DNA of 64,000 nt. Source: Candidatus Thorarchaeota archaeon. Lineage in GTDB: Archaea; Asgardarchaeota; Thorarchaeia; Thorarchaeales; Thorarchaeaceae. The position numbers and the translations under genes were made by a program. The stretch lies in NCBI GenBank assembly GCA_046758445.1, contig JBHIAE010000007.1:27031-91030 (forward strand), written 5' to 3'. Position 1 is the stretch's first letter, and every line of letters begins with the position of its first letter. Shown piece after piece: positions 17,928 to 27,740 of this stretch. Below the pieces are notes generated by a model. That model worked only from the letters and a program-made list of their open reading frames with translations. It was not told where the DNA came from and did no database searches.

Positions 17928-18956
17928 TCAACGAAACGTGACTTGAACTGGCATCAGGAAGTCTTCGGGACTTTCTCCAAGTACAAGCTGTTGATAGCTT
18001 TCTCCACTCTCGCTGTTGTCAACAGTTTCGAGTCGACCTCTTGCTTTGATATGAGAACCTCTGGAGGTATGTTCAGCAAAACGACCACGATAGCTGATCA
18101 GTTTCTTGAGTTCTGGTGACTCATCACATTGCACATGATAGATACATGGAGTGAAAATCGAATCGGAATCATCTATCACCGAACATACTGCCTCTCGAAT
18201 ACCTTCGTTTCTGAGAGTGAGGTCATCATAACCATAGTCCATCTCTCTTGGCAGTTTTACAGCTCTCACGAAGAAATCAATTGAGTCAAATACGCCCTGG
18301 AAGGCCTTCTCAGATTCTATTACTTGTAATACAGACTTCCATTTGTCAAGGGCTTTCCATCTGAAGTCTACATGTTTCTGAAGCCGCTCACCACTGTATC
18401 GGCTGATACCCGGCAGTTGATCTATGTCATTTTTCAAGACAGAGTGAAGTCTTCTGGCTGGGTCTGAACCATATACAACGAGGTCGATATCGGAGTCAGT
18501 GGCACTAAGACTAACAAGCTGAGATCCTGTGAGACCCATGTCAGACCAATCGATGCGAGCACGTTCAACAAGCGTTTGAGCAAGGACACGGGACGCATCT
18601 TCGAGATGAGTTAGATGCTCTCCAAGGTCTCTAAGTTGACGCAGACCATCAATGGGACTTAGGACATAAGCAATGCAATCAACCGGGACTGTTTGGAATA
18701 CTCTTCCACGTTTCCTGTCAGACCACAGATACTCTGGGTACTTCTCACGAAGGTACTGTTCACGATCCTTCAACCCGTATATCTTGTTGAATCTTGTACC
18801 ATCTTTTGACTGACGATCTCCATTGCTATCAGGAACGTATCTCAGATATGCAATCAAACGATCGCGAGGATGTACAACTCCCTTGACTTCAAACACGAGA
18901 CCATCATCAGTTACAATGAAGTAACCCTCAATGGGTTGAGAGCTGAAGGACTTCAC
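17928..18956 (-). CDS. Predicted nucleotidyltransferase (COG1665-like, Pol-beta superfamily)
   Basis: F.VKG..HP....AYLRY.P, GLTGS...SDIDLVVYG motif; GTG start at 18956 chosen to avoid overlap with the divergent gene. Confidence 0.82.
   Translation of the reverse strand: MKSFSSQPIEGYFIVTDDGLVFEVKGVVHPRDRLIAYLRYVPDSNGDRQSKDGTRFNKIYGLKDREQYLREKYPEYLWSDRKRGRVFQTVPVDCIAYVLSPIDGLRQLRDLGEHLTHLEDASRVLAQTLVERARIDWSDMGLTGSQLVSLSATDSDIDLVVYGSDPARRLHSVLKNDIDQLPGISRYSGERLQKHVDFRWKALDKWKSVLQVIESEKAFQGVFDSIDFFVRAVKLPREMDYGYDDLTLRNEGIREAVCSVIDDSDSIFTPCIYHVQCDESPELKKLISYRGRFAEHTSRGSHIKARGRLETVDNSESGESYQQLVLGESPEDFLMPVQVTFR
18323..18333 (-). repeat. TGTATTACAAG-family site (intragenic)
   Basis: CTTGTAATACA; minus strand reads GTATTACAA GTAATAGAA. 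Confidence 0.55.
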
Positions 18957-19016
18957 AAGAATGTAGATACGAGGCCAACAATTAAAGAGACCCCTCTCCT
19001 CAAGTACCAACACATT

Positions 19017-20231
19017 ATGACTCCAGAATTGAACATAAGACCTGATTTCAGCATATTCGAAACCGAGCCCGAACTTGTATACCTTGATTCTGCAAGCACC
19101 TCTCTGGTTCCAAGAGTTGCTGTAGATGCGACAAGTGAGTTCCTCAGAAACACAGTTTCATCAACAAGACGTGGAGCTCATCACCTAGCTGTACATGCAA
19201 GCACCATGGTCGAGGACGTTCGTAACTCGCTAGCCAGTTTCTTTGACACTGATAAATCTCAAATCTCCTTTCAAAAGTCCATTCCTACGACAGTTGCATC
19301 ACTGACATATGGTCTTGATTGGAAGGGAACTAAGAGAAACAAGATAGTCATCGCTCAGAGTGAGGAACACTCTGTAATGGTTGCACTTCTAAGAGTGGCT
19401 GAGCTCCTCAATCTCGAAGTGCAACTGGTCCCAGTTGACGATGAGGGCAACCTAGACATGGAGAGTCTTGAACGGGCTGTAGACGAAACAACTGGGATTG
19501 TTGCTGTAAACCATGTCGCTGTCGGTATCGGAACAAGAAATCCCATACCTCAGATTGCTAAAGTATCACATGAAAATGGTGCATTGTTACTTACAGACGC
19601 GACACAGTCAGCAGGAGTTTCCGAGGTGAATCCTAGTGCCCTAAGTGCAGATGTCATCCTGTTCTCAGCCAACATTGGGCTCATGGCACCCCCCGGTCTA
19701 GTTATTCAGTGGATCGACAAGTCAATAGGGGAGAATCACCGACCAGGCATTCTTGGGGGTTCAGCAGTTGCAGATGTCATGCATGGATCCTTCGAACTCG
19801 CGTTCCAACCCGACAAGTTCGAGTCTGGAATGCTAAATGTACCTGCTATTGCTGGCCTAGGAGCATCACTGGAGTATCTACGACAACTGCAAGCTCGGGG
19901 TCTTGCCAGATACATGAATGAAATCTCGTCCTATATGATAGGACGTCTAAGTGAGATGCAAACCCTGACTCTTTATGGTAATCGAAACGAAAACAACACA
20001 ATCGTAGGATTCAATGTTGGAGCCGAGAACGGAATGAACTGTCATGAGGTCGCACTCTTTCTTGATGACTCAAATATTGCTGTACGAAGCGGACTAGTGT
20101 GCGCACATCCACTCATCAAACCAATGTCAGAAGAAGGGATCATTCAAGCATCTCTTCACGCATACAACTCAATTTCAGACATCGACCGATTCGTAGACTC
20201 ACTACAGACCATTGTTAGGGAACTTCTCTAA
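19017..20231 (+). CDS. SufS/CsdA-like class V PLP-fold protein lacking the Schiff-base lysine
   Basis: VYLDSAST, DATQS, KFESG..N, RSGLVCAHP (group II Cys motif), SLHAYN; the SxHK motif reads SANI. Confidence 0.85.
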   Translation: MTPELNIRPDFSIFETEPELVYLDSASTSLVPRVAVDATSEFLRNTVSSTRRGAHHLAVHASTMVEDVRNSLASFFDTDKSQISFQKSIPTTVASLTYGLDWKGTKRNKIVIAQSEEHSVMVALLRVAELLNLEVQLVPVDDEGNLDMESLERAVDETTGIVAVNHVAVGIGTRNPIPQIAKVSHENGALLLTDATQSAGVSEVNPSALSADVILFSANIGLMAPPGLVIQWIDKSIGENHRPGILGGSAVADVMHGSFELAFQPDKFESGMLNVPAIAGLGASLEYLRQLQARGLARYMNEISSYMIGRLSEMQTLTLYGNRNENNTIVGFNVGAENGMNCHEVALFLDDSNIAVRSGLVCAHPLIKPMSEEGIIQASLHAYNSISDIDRFVDSLQTIVRELL

Positions 20232-20243
20232 GCACCCTGAATG

Positions 20244-20492
20244 TCAACCGACACCAAAGGCAGGAGGATACGTCACAAAATACTGTACTATGATGGCAAG
20301 AAGTATTCCACTCATGACCAAACCTTTGCCTCTTTTTGTATTAGTTTCAGTAAACCAAAGGATTGCTCCAATCAGCACAACAATTGCAGCTGACACTCTG
20401 CCAATAAACACCAGAAACTCCCAGATCTCTGCAAAGTATGTTGCTATGAGATTGGCAAAGTCTACTATAGGACTGAGAAACTCACCCTGCAT
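20244..20492 (-). CDS. Small two-TM protein, TrbC/VirB2 (CedA1-like) pilin-like
   Basis: Amphipathic N-terminal helix, TM1, short basic loop (TKRGK), TM2. Confidence 0.55.
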   Translation of the reverse strand: MQGEFLSPIVDFANLIATYFAEIWEFLVFIGRVSAAIVVLIGAILWFTETNTKRGKGLVMSGILLAIIVQYFVTYPPAFGVG

Positions 20493-20537
20493 TAGTTTCA
20501 CACAAAGATTGGTTCTCCAAGTTCAGATTTAAAGTCC

Positions 20538-22361
20538 CTAGAGAACGGTGACTGACTTTGCCAGATTTCGCGGCTTGTCAGGATCAAATCCTTTTCTTCG
20601 TGCCATATAATAGCTGAAGAGCTGAAGAGGTACCACATAGGGCATCGTCGAAAACTCTGGCTCTATTCCATCAGGAATCGCGAACCAGTGGTCGGATAGA
20701 CTCTTGAGTTCTTTATCACTTCTCTCAATCACAGAGATAATCGATGCTCCGCGAGCTTTCATCTCCATTACATTACCGATTATCCTGCTTCTGGTTTCAT
20801 CCCTGGGTGCTATGAAAATGACAGGGTATTCGTCTTGAACAAGTGCTATGGGTCCATGCTTCGATTGACCTGCTGAATATGCTTCTGCATGATTATATGA
20901 TATCTCCTTGAGCTTGAGAGCACCCTCTTCAGCTGTGGCCTGGGAAACACCTCTTCCCAAGAAGAGTAAGCTAGGTTGGTCATACAGAAGTCCAGCCAAG
21001 CGTCGAGCTCGTTCTTCATTTCTCGAAATGACTTCAGATACTATGTCTGGCATTGTTTCCAAGAATCTGCGTTTCATTTCAATCACTTCATTCTCAAGAA
21101 AGCCTGTAAGTTCACTAAGTGTCAATGCCATCTGAGCAAGTGCAGTCAGCTGCACCATGAAGGTCTTTGTGGCAGCTACTCCAATCTCTGGTCCGGCCTG
21201 AGTGATCACTGTGTGGTCTGCAATGCGTGTTACGGAACTACCAACCACATTTGTCAGAGCTATTACTTTTGCACCGAAGGTCTTCGCATACTTCACTGCC
21301 ATCATCGTATCTGTTGTTTCCCCGGATTGCGTGATTGCAACTACGCAGTCCTCCCCAGACAATGCATTGTATACAGTGTCAGGAAAATCACTGGCAAGCT
21401 CGAAGTTTGGCAGGACACCAGCAAGTGAGGCAAACATGTGTTTCCCTGCAATGGCCGCGTATCCAGAAGTACCCATGGCTAGAAAATAGACGTTCCTTGC
21501 TTCATGAATTAACTTGGCTGCTTCCTGAAGGACTTCTGGCCGAAGTCTAAGAGTATTCCTTATTGCATCCGGTTGCTCATGTATCTCCTTTAGCATGAAG
21601 TGAGGAAATCCACCTTTCTGAGCTTGGTCTGCAGTCCAACTGACCTCGATCGTTTCTCTCTCCACCTCAGCTCCATTGGAAAGCTTTCGAATCTCGACCC
21701 CTTCCGTTGTCAGGGTCGCCATTTCACCATCGAGGAGGAGAATCATATCCTTAGTCATCGGCAGAAATGCGGGAATGTCTGATGACACGTACGTGGCCCC
21801 TTCCCGTTTTCCGATGACAAGCGGATTGCCATCGCGAGTGCATACTATCCTACCATCTTGTTCTGTTATCATCGCAACTATTGCATAGGTGCCTTCAATT
21901 CGATGTGTGACTTCGGTGAGAGCTTCAGTAAGGTCCAATCCGTCTGAAATGTAGTCCTCAAGCATGTGAGGAATCACTTCGGTGTCTGTTTCAGAGCTGA
22001 ACTTGTGGCCCTTCGAACTTAGCTCCTCTCTGAGTTCTAGGAAGTTATCAATGACCCCATTATGAACAACTGCAATCTGATTGTTGCAATCAAAGTGTGG
22101 ATGTGCATTGTACTGGGACGGCGCTCCGTGAGTGGCCCACCGAGTGTGCCCAATCCCTATACTCCCTGGCATCTCATCAAGATTGAGCTTCTTGTGAACC
22201 TCTTCGATCTTGCCCTTGTCCTTCTTCATGTGAAGCTGCTCATTGGATATAGTTGTCATACCGACTGAGTCGTAGCCCCTATACTCAAGTCGTTTCAATG
22301 CTTGGTGCAAGAATGGGGCCACTTGACCACGTTTCTGGACAACGCCGATGATTCCACACAT
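20538..22361 (-). CDS. glmS: Glutamine--fructose-6-phosphate transaminase
   Basis: MCGIIG, LEYRGYDS, GHTRWATHG, QSGET, LKLKE, C-terminal PRNLAKSVTV. Confidence 0.98.
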   Translation of the reverse strand: MCGIIGVVQKRGQVAPFLHQALKRLEYRGYDSVGMTTISNEQLHMKKDKGKIEEVHKKLNLDEMPGSIGIGHTRWATHGAPSQYNAHPHFDCNNQIAVVHNGVIDNFLELREELSSKGHKFSSETDTEVIPHMLEDYISDGLDLTEALTEVTHRIEGTYAIVAMITEQDGRIVCTRDGNPLVIGKREGATYVSSDIPAFLPMTKDMILLLDGEMATLTTEGVEIRKLSNGAEVERETIEVSWTADQAQKGGFPHFMLKEIHEQPDAIRNTLRLRPEVLQEAAKLIHEARNVYFLAMGTSGYAAIAGKHMFASLAGVLPNFELASDFPDTVYNALSGEDCVVAITQSGETTDTMMAVKYAKTFGAKVIALTNVVGSSVTRIADHTVITQAGPEIGVAATKTFMVQLTALAQMALTLSELTGFLENEVIEMKRRFLETMPDIVSEVISRNEERARRLAGLLYDQPSLLFLGRGVSQATAEEGALKLKEISYNHAEAYSAGQSKHGPIALVQDEYPVIFIAPRDETRSRIIGNVMEMKARGASIISVIERSDKELKSLSDHWFAIPDGIEPEFSTMPYVVPLQLFSYYMARRKGFDPDKPRNLAKSVTVL

Positions 22362-22442
22362 GAGTTCTATGGACTCCTAGTTCTTACTATGGACAAACAA
22401 CATTAGTGTATGTACAAAAAGGGTTTCGCTTTCAGTCAGAAT

Positions 22443-22754
22443 TCAACCCGTGAGTTCAATCTCAATATAGACGGAGTCTGGGATTCGCACTCTCATGATC
22501 TGTCGAATCGCTCTTTCATCCGCATCAATATCAATAAGCCGTTTGTGAACTCTCATCTCCCATTTGTCCCAAGACTCAGAACCCTGCCCACAGGGAGTCT
22601 TTCGAGTGGGAATGACCATTCTTCTCGTGGGTAGCGGAATTGGACCAGACATACGGACTCCTGTCTTGCGTGTGATTCGCTTGATTTGGCTACAAACACC
22701 ATCTAGATGCTCGGTGCTTGTGCTTGACAGTCTAATCCGTGCTTTCTGGGTCAT
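22443..22754 (-). CDS. rps10: 30S ribosomal protein S10 (uS10)
   Basis: [19 protein letters not shown]...[14 protein letters not shown]; ATG at 22754. Confidence 0.97.
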   Translation of the reverse strand: MTQKARIRLSSTSTEHLDGVCSQIKRITRKTGVRMSGPIPLPTRRMVIPTRKTPCGQGSESWDKWEMRVHKRLIDIDADERAIRQIMRVRIPDSVYIEIELTG

Positions 22755-22894
22755 AATGAGTTCAGCCCCGTGAATAAGCTGGACATCGCAACGGAATTGC
22801 AACCGGATAAAAAGGTTGTCTTATGTGTTAGCCGAGAATGCCCTGACAACATCAACGGCAACGTCCATAAGGACACACAATACAACGCGAACAA

Positions 22895-23698
22895 GTGCCA
22901 GATTTGAATGATCTCACGGTTGTAAAGTTGGGAGGGTCTGTCATTACGCATAAGGACTCATCCCCACCAAGCGTTGACAAAGAGAACCTATACCGCATTG
23001 CACGCGAACTCGGGTACAATACTGGTGAATTGATTCTGGTTCTCGGAGGAGGCGCCCATGGACATCAAGCTGCTCATGATCATGGTTTCGGAAACAGCTC
23101 AACCCCTAGGGACCAGCTACTGAGAGGAGTCCCATCAATTCGCCACAACATGACTACACTGTCTTATGAGGTTGAGCATGCACTAAACAGCGAGGGACTT
23201 GGAGCGGTTGTATTGTCTCCTTTCACAATGACAATACTACATGAAGGCGAAATCGCACATTTCGCAACCGAGACAATTCGGAAGACGCTTGATTCCGGGC
23301 TTATTGCAGTGACACATGGTGACGTCTGCTTTGACGATGTTCGAGGAGCATCAATCCTTAGTGGTGATACAATTGCAGTCCATCTTGCACGAGAGATGAA
23401 GGCAAAGGCATTGTACCTTGGGACCGACGTAGATGGGGTGTTTGAAGAGGACCCCCAAGCCAATTCGGGAGCTGCTCACATCGACACAATCGACCTTTCA
23501 AGAAGAGAAGCAATTCTAGCGAGTACAGGACCCTCTTCAGTCACTGACGTCACCGGAGGAATGGAAAAGAAGCTTGACGAGATCTTCACGTTGGCCGGAC
23601 AAGGTATTGACATAGCAGTCTTCAATCTTGGAGTTCCGGGTCGTCTTTCCGACCTACTCTTAGGCAAATCCACAGTATGCACAAGAATACAGATTTGA
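22895..23698 (+). CDS. ipk: Isopentenyl phosphate kinase
   Basis: KLGGSVIT.K, GGGAHGH with the IPK His, HGDV, SGD, TDVDGV, DVTGGM..K. Confidence 0.88.
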   Translation: MPDLNDLTVVKLGGSVITHKDSSPPSVDKENLYRIARELGYNTGELILVLGGGAHGHQAAHDHGFGNSSTPRDQLLRGVPSIRHNMTTLSYEVEHALNSEGLGAVVLSPFTMTILHEGEIAHFATETIRKTLDSGLIAVTHGDVCFDDVRGASILSGDTIAVHLAREMKAKALYLGTDVDGVFEEDPQANSGAAHIDTIDLSRREAILASTGPSSVTDVTGGMEKKLDEIFTLAGQGIDIAVFNLGVPGRLSDLLLGKSTVCTRIQI

Positions 23699-23733
23699 GA
23701 TAAGGAGCACTCCTAAAGGTCCGAGAAGACCAA

Positions 23734-26700
23734 CTATCCTGTCGCAGTGGTGACTGAGAGATACTCTGAGAAGTCATAGAGCTGGACATTTGTTGGCATT
23801 GCTATGCTTTCATCGAGATATTCGGCAGCAGTCAATACACAGACTATTCGAGTCGATCCACACGTTCTGCATGCGATATCATTGTGGAGGTGAAGTAGAG
23901 TGTTGAGTTGTTGCTGGTTTGGAAACACCACGTACGAAATGCCATTACTACACAGGTCATAGTACCCATGGTTTCGCTTAACCCCACCTTGCCGACTACG
24001 AAGATCCTTTCCCAAGGCACCTATGACAGATATCTTGAACTCCTCAAGCATGGCCGAGTTGACAATCCAGAGGCCCTTGTGAAGACTCACAAAATCCGCT
24101 CTCTCGCCCACACGCAGAGCAATGAGGACCTCATCAGCCAACAACTCAGTCAAAGCTCGTTTGCCTTCTTCAACGCTCAACGGAGCTGAGTGACTTTTGA
24201 GAGACTGCAATGCAGTCGTTTCGATGAAGTCCAACAAAACAGTCCACTGTACATGCCCGTCCGATAGTCCGACGAAATCCTGGATCAATTGAAACCACAG
24301 ACGCATCTGAATCGCCCGGTTGGTAGCTGTTCCAATGTCATGCATTGCACCAATCAAGTCCACCTGTCCAGTATCAGGCGAAACATCTTCTAGGTTTCTT
24401 TGAGTTTTGAATGACTTCACATCCGTGTCCGGCAATGTCTGAGGATGCAGACTCTCTATCATTGCATCAAGAGAAGTCGGAAAGGCAGATATGGTTGTTA
24501 CCGCATCAAAGTCTTCTCTGCCATTCATGATCTCTCTGAGCTTGGCTGCAGCGACACTACCCCTAACAATCACAGTCAGCTCAGTCACATTGTTACCTAG
24601 ATTTGCCATGCATTTGCGAATCTTATCAAGGGTTGTTTCCATTGATGACGCTTTCAGATGTTCGGGAACTATCAAAATCGCCTTATCGTCAATTACAATA
24701 TCCGGACGGTCATTATCACCACGTTCGGATGTTATCTCAGTTGACCCTAATCTGTGGACTATGTAGTCAGTGATTGCTGCTCTCACCGCATCAAGACAGC
24801 GGCCTGGCAGAGTGAACACAAAACCCCCTGGGACAAGAGAAAGGGCCTCTCTATCAACAGTTCCGAGAGAAACAAGGTCTCGTATTACCTCATTTATGTC
24901 CTCATCCTCTATCCTAGGATCAATCGATGTGAGAAGTCCCTGTATTTCTATTTGAGTAGCCATATTCCTTGATGCAAGAAACGCAACAATGTGTGATCCA
25001 AGCTCTCCGAGCCTATCAAACACCGCACCCACAGGCCGTTCTGAATCCAATTCTCTAGATGAAACGGCTACAGTGTCTTCGTGGTGGGTTCTATCAGACG
25101 ACTCTTCCAGCTCTTCGTCCACTAGGTCATCTCTCTTGTGCATTCGGTGAGTAGACGTGGAAACATCGAAAGGACGGGTAGCTAACTCGAAAGCCTCGAT
25201 GCCAGGCATTACAATCAAGGCTCTACCACGTTTCAAGGATCTCAGATACCGTTCCTGATTCTTATCGAGAGACATGAATCTTGCACCAACGGGACTATCA
25301 TATGGCAGACGAAATGTGATCTTAGTAGCCGTGTTCGCGAGTATGTTGGAGGACACGTTGGGTCTAGTAGAAACGATGACAACTCCTTGTCCTGTTGCTC
25401 TTTGCAGCATTACCATGGATTCACCTGTTGTGATGTCTGCTGCCGAATGTCTGGTGTAACTCTCAGGGACCAGATTGTTGGCCTCTTCGAGGACCACGAC
25501 ATGATGGAGACCAGGTCTTACTCCTCTTTGCATAGCGAAATCGAATATACGCTTTGCAATCAGATTATACAACACTCTGGCGGCATCCATCCCGCCTACT
25601 CGTGCAACATACTGTAGATCAAGAATCACACGCGCGCCCATCAATTCAGAGATTCTCATTGCTTTGGGTCCACCACTCAATATCGATCCAAGTGGTTCCC
25701 GGGATAGTACTTCTAAACGATTCATCAAGGCATCCCGTGTCATCCGTCCGGTTCGATCTCTTCCAGCGAGTTGAGAGATTGTTTCGATTAGTGTCTGAAT
25801 TGAGTTCCCCCGCTCTTTCTTCTTGGCAACAAGTAGAACTGCCTCCCTCAGAAGCTTCTCCATTGCTGGGGACAGCTCCGACGCCACACCTCTTTCATTC
25901 AGCAACTCTCTCAATATCGCGAATGTAGAATGTGCATGTTTCTCCTTAGAATCAGTTTCAGAATCCATGAAGTCAATAACGAATGAAGGATCGGCACCAG
26001 GTCGAAGTACAAGCACATCGCTGTCACATACGTCCACGAGCTCAATATACTCTGATCCCTTGATATCAAACACCCACCAGGGCACCTGTGATTCCTTACT
26101 CAACTCTGCAACAAGATGTTTCACAAGAGTGGTCTTTCCAGTTCCAGTCGCTCCAAGAATAGCTACATGTTCCCGTAACCATTCTGTCTTGAGCCCAATA
26201 TTGTTTAGAAGCCGTCCCCCAAAGACTGCCTGGCCTATCACTAGCTCGTTCTCAACCAGTTCTCTAGCAGGTATAGAAAAGTTCGGCGTCAGGGAAGCTG
26301 CAATAACTGGTAGTTGTTGAACGGGCGTGTTGACAAAGGCCGCCAATCTACTAACATGGGTCTTCTCTCGTTTCATATGACGTCGTAGGAGCAATCGGAA
26401 GGCGGTCTTTCTGTCAATTGCCTTATGCTTCAACAGAACCTTGTCATCATCACCCCATATTGAATGCACAAGTCCAACGGTTCCTTCTCGAGTTTCCTGC
26501 ATCTTTTGAGATTCATCTGCCTTGATGACTACATAGGCTGTCGTATCAAACCAGCCTGCACTGCCTTGAATCTTCTCGTACCGCCGCACAAGCTTCCTCT
26601 TCTCGGATTGGTCAGCCAGAGAATCTTCATTTCGCATCTCCTTCTCACGGATTGTCTTCCATTGTCTTTCCAGTTTCCTTTGTTCTCGACGAGATTTCGA

Positions 26701-27528
26701 CCTAGAGAAGACACATGAGAATACGACATCATATTGTTGTTTCAAAGCAGTAGAGATGAACACGCCTACCTGAGATCTCTCTGTTGAGGGCGCGACGCGA
26801 GGTTCTCCAGCAAGCAGCATTAGGCAGACGGACTTCTCTGTAAATGATAGACCACGACCTGTATCAAGCTCTGCACTGATCAGTCCCAGAGTCGCGTTCT
26901 TCAGATCATCACCTTTCAATTGACGTAGCTCAATATTGCTCAAAGAAGCAAGGAGAATCGCTTCTGCTCTGGTAGCTTCTCGTTTCAACAAGTCAGCAGT
27001 TTCATCTGGATCGTTACCTGATCCAGTTATGAAGAGGCGCAGATAAGGTGCACCGCTTAAAACACCGGCTTCGTAGGCCATGCTGACACGTTCATCCATT
27101 CCGGCACGCAATGCCAACAGGAAAGTTGTGTCATATTCAGGACGTTCATTCTCTCCAGTGCGAACAGAACTTGAAACCGAAGCGATATCAAGACAGCATG
27201 TTGCAACCATCTGGTCTTTCAAACGGAGTACGAGCAGCTCATTATCTATCGTGACCGAAGCCCGCTCAGAAATCAATCTTTCAAGTACGACTAGGCCACC
27301 CATACACAAGGGCACACCGCAAATGAGAAGCTCTACTATGAGTTTGAATGGAATTGATAGCGCACCGAACAAACCTAATGACGGAAGTAGATACACAGTC
27401 AGAAGGTAGAGTGCACAGGTAACAATTCCCAGCTTCCAAGCAAGCTCAATTCCACGCCACAGTATAGGGTGCCCCTTCAATTGCATCAGTTCTTCGCTAT
27501 CTTCCCTGCTCAGTTTCTCAGTGGACAT
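23734..27528 (-). CDS. Large membrane-anchored HerA/VirB4 (FtsK-HerA, DUF87) ATPase with long C-terminal extension
   Basis: Two N-terminal TM segments; H..ILGATGTGKTT, FDIKGSEY, VVVLEEANN, VSTRP, NTATKITFRL; C-terminal wHTH-like and PD-like segments. Confidence 0.8.
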   Translation of the reverse strand: MSTEKLSREDSEELMQLKGHPILWRGIELAWKLGIVTCALYLLTVYLLPSLGLFGALSIPFKLIVELLICGVPLCMGGLVVLERLISERASVTIDNELLVLRLKDQMVATCCLDIASVSSSVRTGENERPEYDTTFLLALRAGMDERVSMAYEAGVLSGAPYLRLFITGSGNDPDETADLLKREATRAEAILLASLSNIELRQLKGDDLKNATLGLISAELDTGRGLSFTEKSVCLMLLAGEPRVAPSTERSQVGVFISTALKQQYDVVFSCVFSRSKSRREQRKLERQWKTIREKEMRNEDSLADQSEKRKLVRRYEKIQGSAGWFDTTAYVVIKADESQKMQETREGTVGLVHSIWGDDDKVLLKHKAIDRKTAFRLLLRRHMKREKTHVSRLAAFVNTPVQQLPVIAASLTPNFSIPARELVENELVIGQAVFGGRLLNNIGLKTEWLREHVAILGATGTGKTTLVKHLVAELSKESQVPWWVFDIKGSEYIELVDVCDSDVLVLRPGADPSFVIDFMDSETDSKEKHAHSTFAILRELLNERGVASELSPAMEKLLREAVLLVAKKKERGNSIQTLIETISQLAGRDRTGRMTRDALMNRLEVLSREPLGSILSGGPKAMRISELMGARVILDLQYVARVGGMDAARVLYNLIAKRIFDFAMQRGVRPGLHHVVVLEEANNLVPESYTRHSAADITTGESMVMLQRATGQGVVIVSTRPNVSSNILANTATKITFRLPYDSPVGARFMSLDKNQERYLRSLKRGRALIVMPGIEAFELATRPFDVSTSTHRMHKRDDLVDEELEESSDRTHHEDTVAVSSRELDSERPVGAVFDRLGELGSHIVAFLASRNMATQIEIQGLLTSIDPRIEDEDINEVIRDLVSLGTVDREALSLVPGGFVFTLPGRCLDAVRAAITDYIVHRLGSTEITSERGDNDRPDIVIDDKAILIVPEHLKASSMETTLDKIRKCMANLGNNVTELTVIVRGSVAAAKLREIMNGREDFDAVTTISAFPTSLDAMIESLHPQTLPDTDVKSFKTQRNLEDVSPDTGQVDLIGAMHDIGTATNRAIQMRLWFQLIQDFVGLSDGHVQWTVLLDFIETTALQSLKSHSAPLSVEEGKRALTELLADEVLIALRVGERADFVSLHKGLWIVNSAMLEEFKISVIGALGKDLRSRQGGVKRNHGYYDLCSNGISYVVFPNQQQLNTLLHLHNDIACRTCGSTRIVCVLTAAEYLDESIAMPTNVQLYDFSEYLSVTTATG

Positions 27529-27740
27529 GCGATATCACCGCATCAATGACCAAGACGCACAGACGATGCCCATACTGTCCTGACCAGCTACTCGTGTTCC
27601 GTGTTGACATATGAACTCCCCTCGACACCCGCTCACCAAATCGTCCGAAACATCTGCATGGATAGGAGATTAAAAACCAAGGAAGCAGACTCATTGATGA
27701 ATCAGAAATTACCCCAACTGCCTATGGGCACAATCTGATC

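Noticed and set aside
18870-19016. Apparent head-to-head overlap of the nucleotidyltransferase and SufS-like ORFs
   Set aside because: Artifact of longest-ORF starts; starts at 18956 and 19017 remove the overlap
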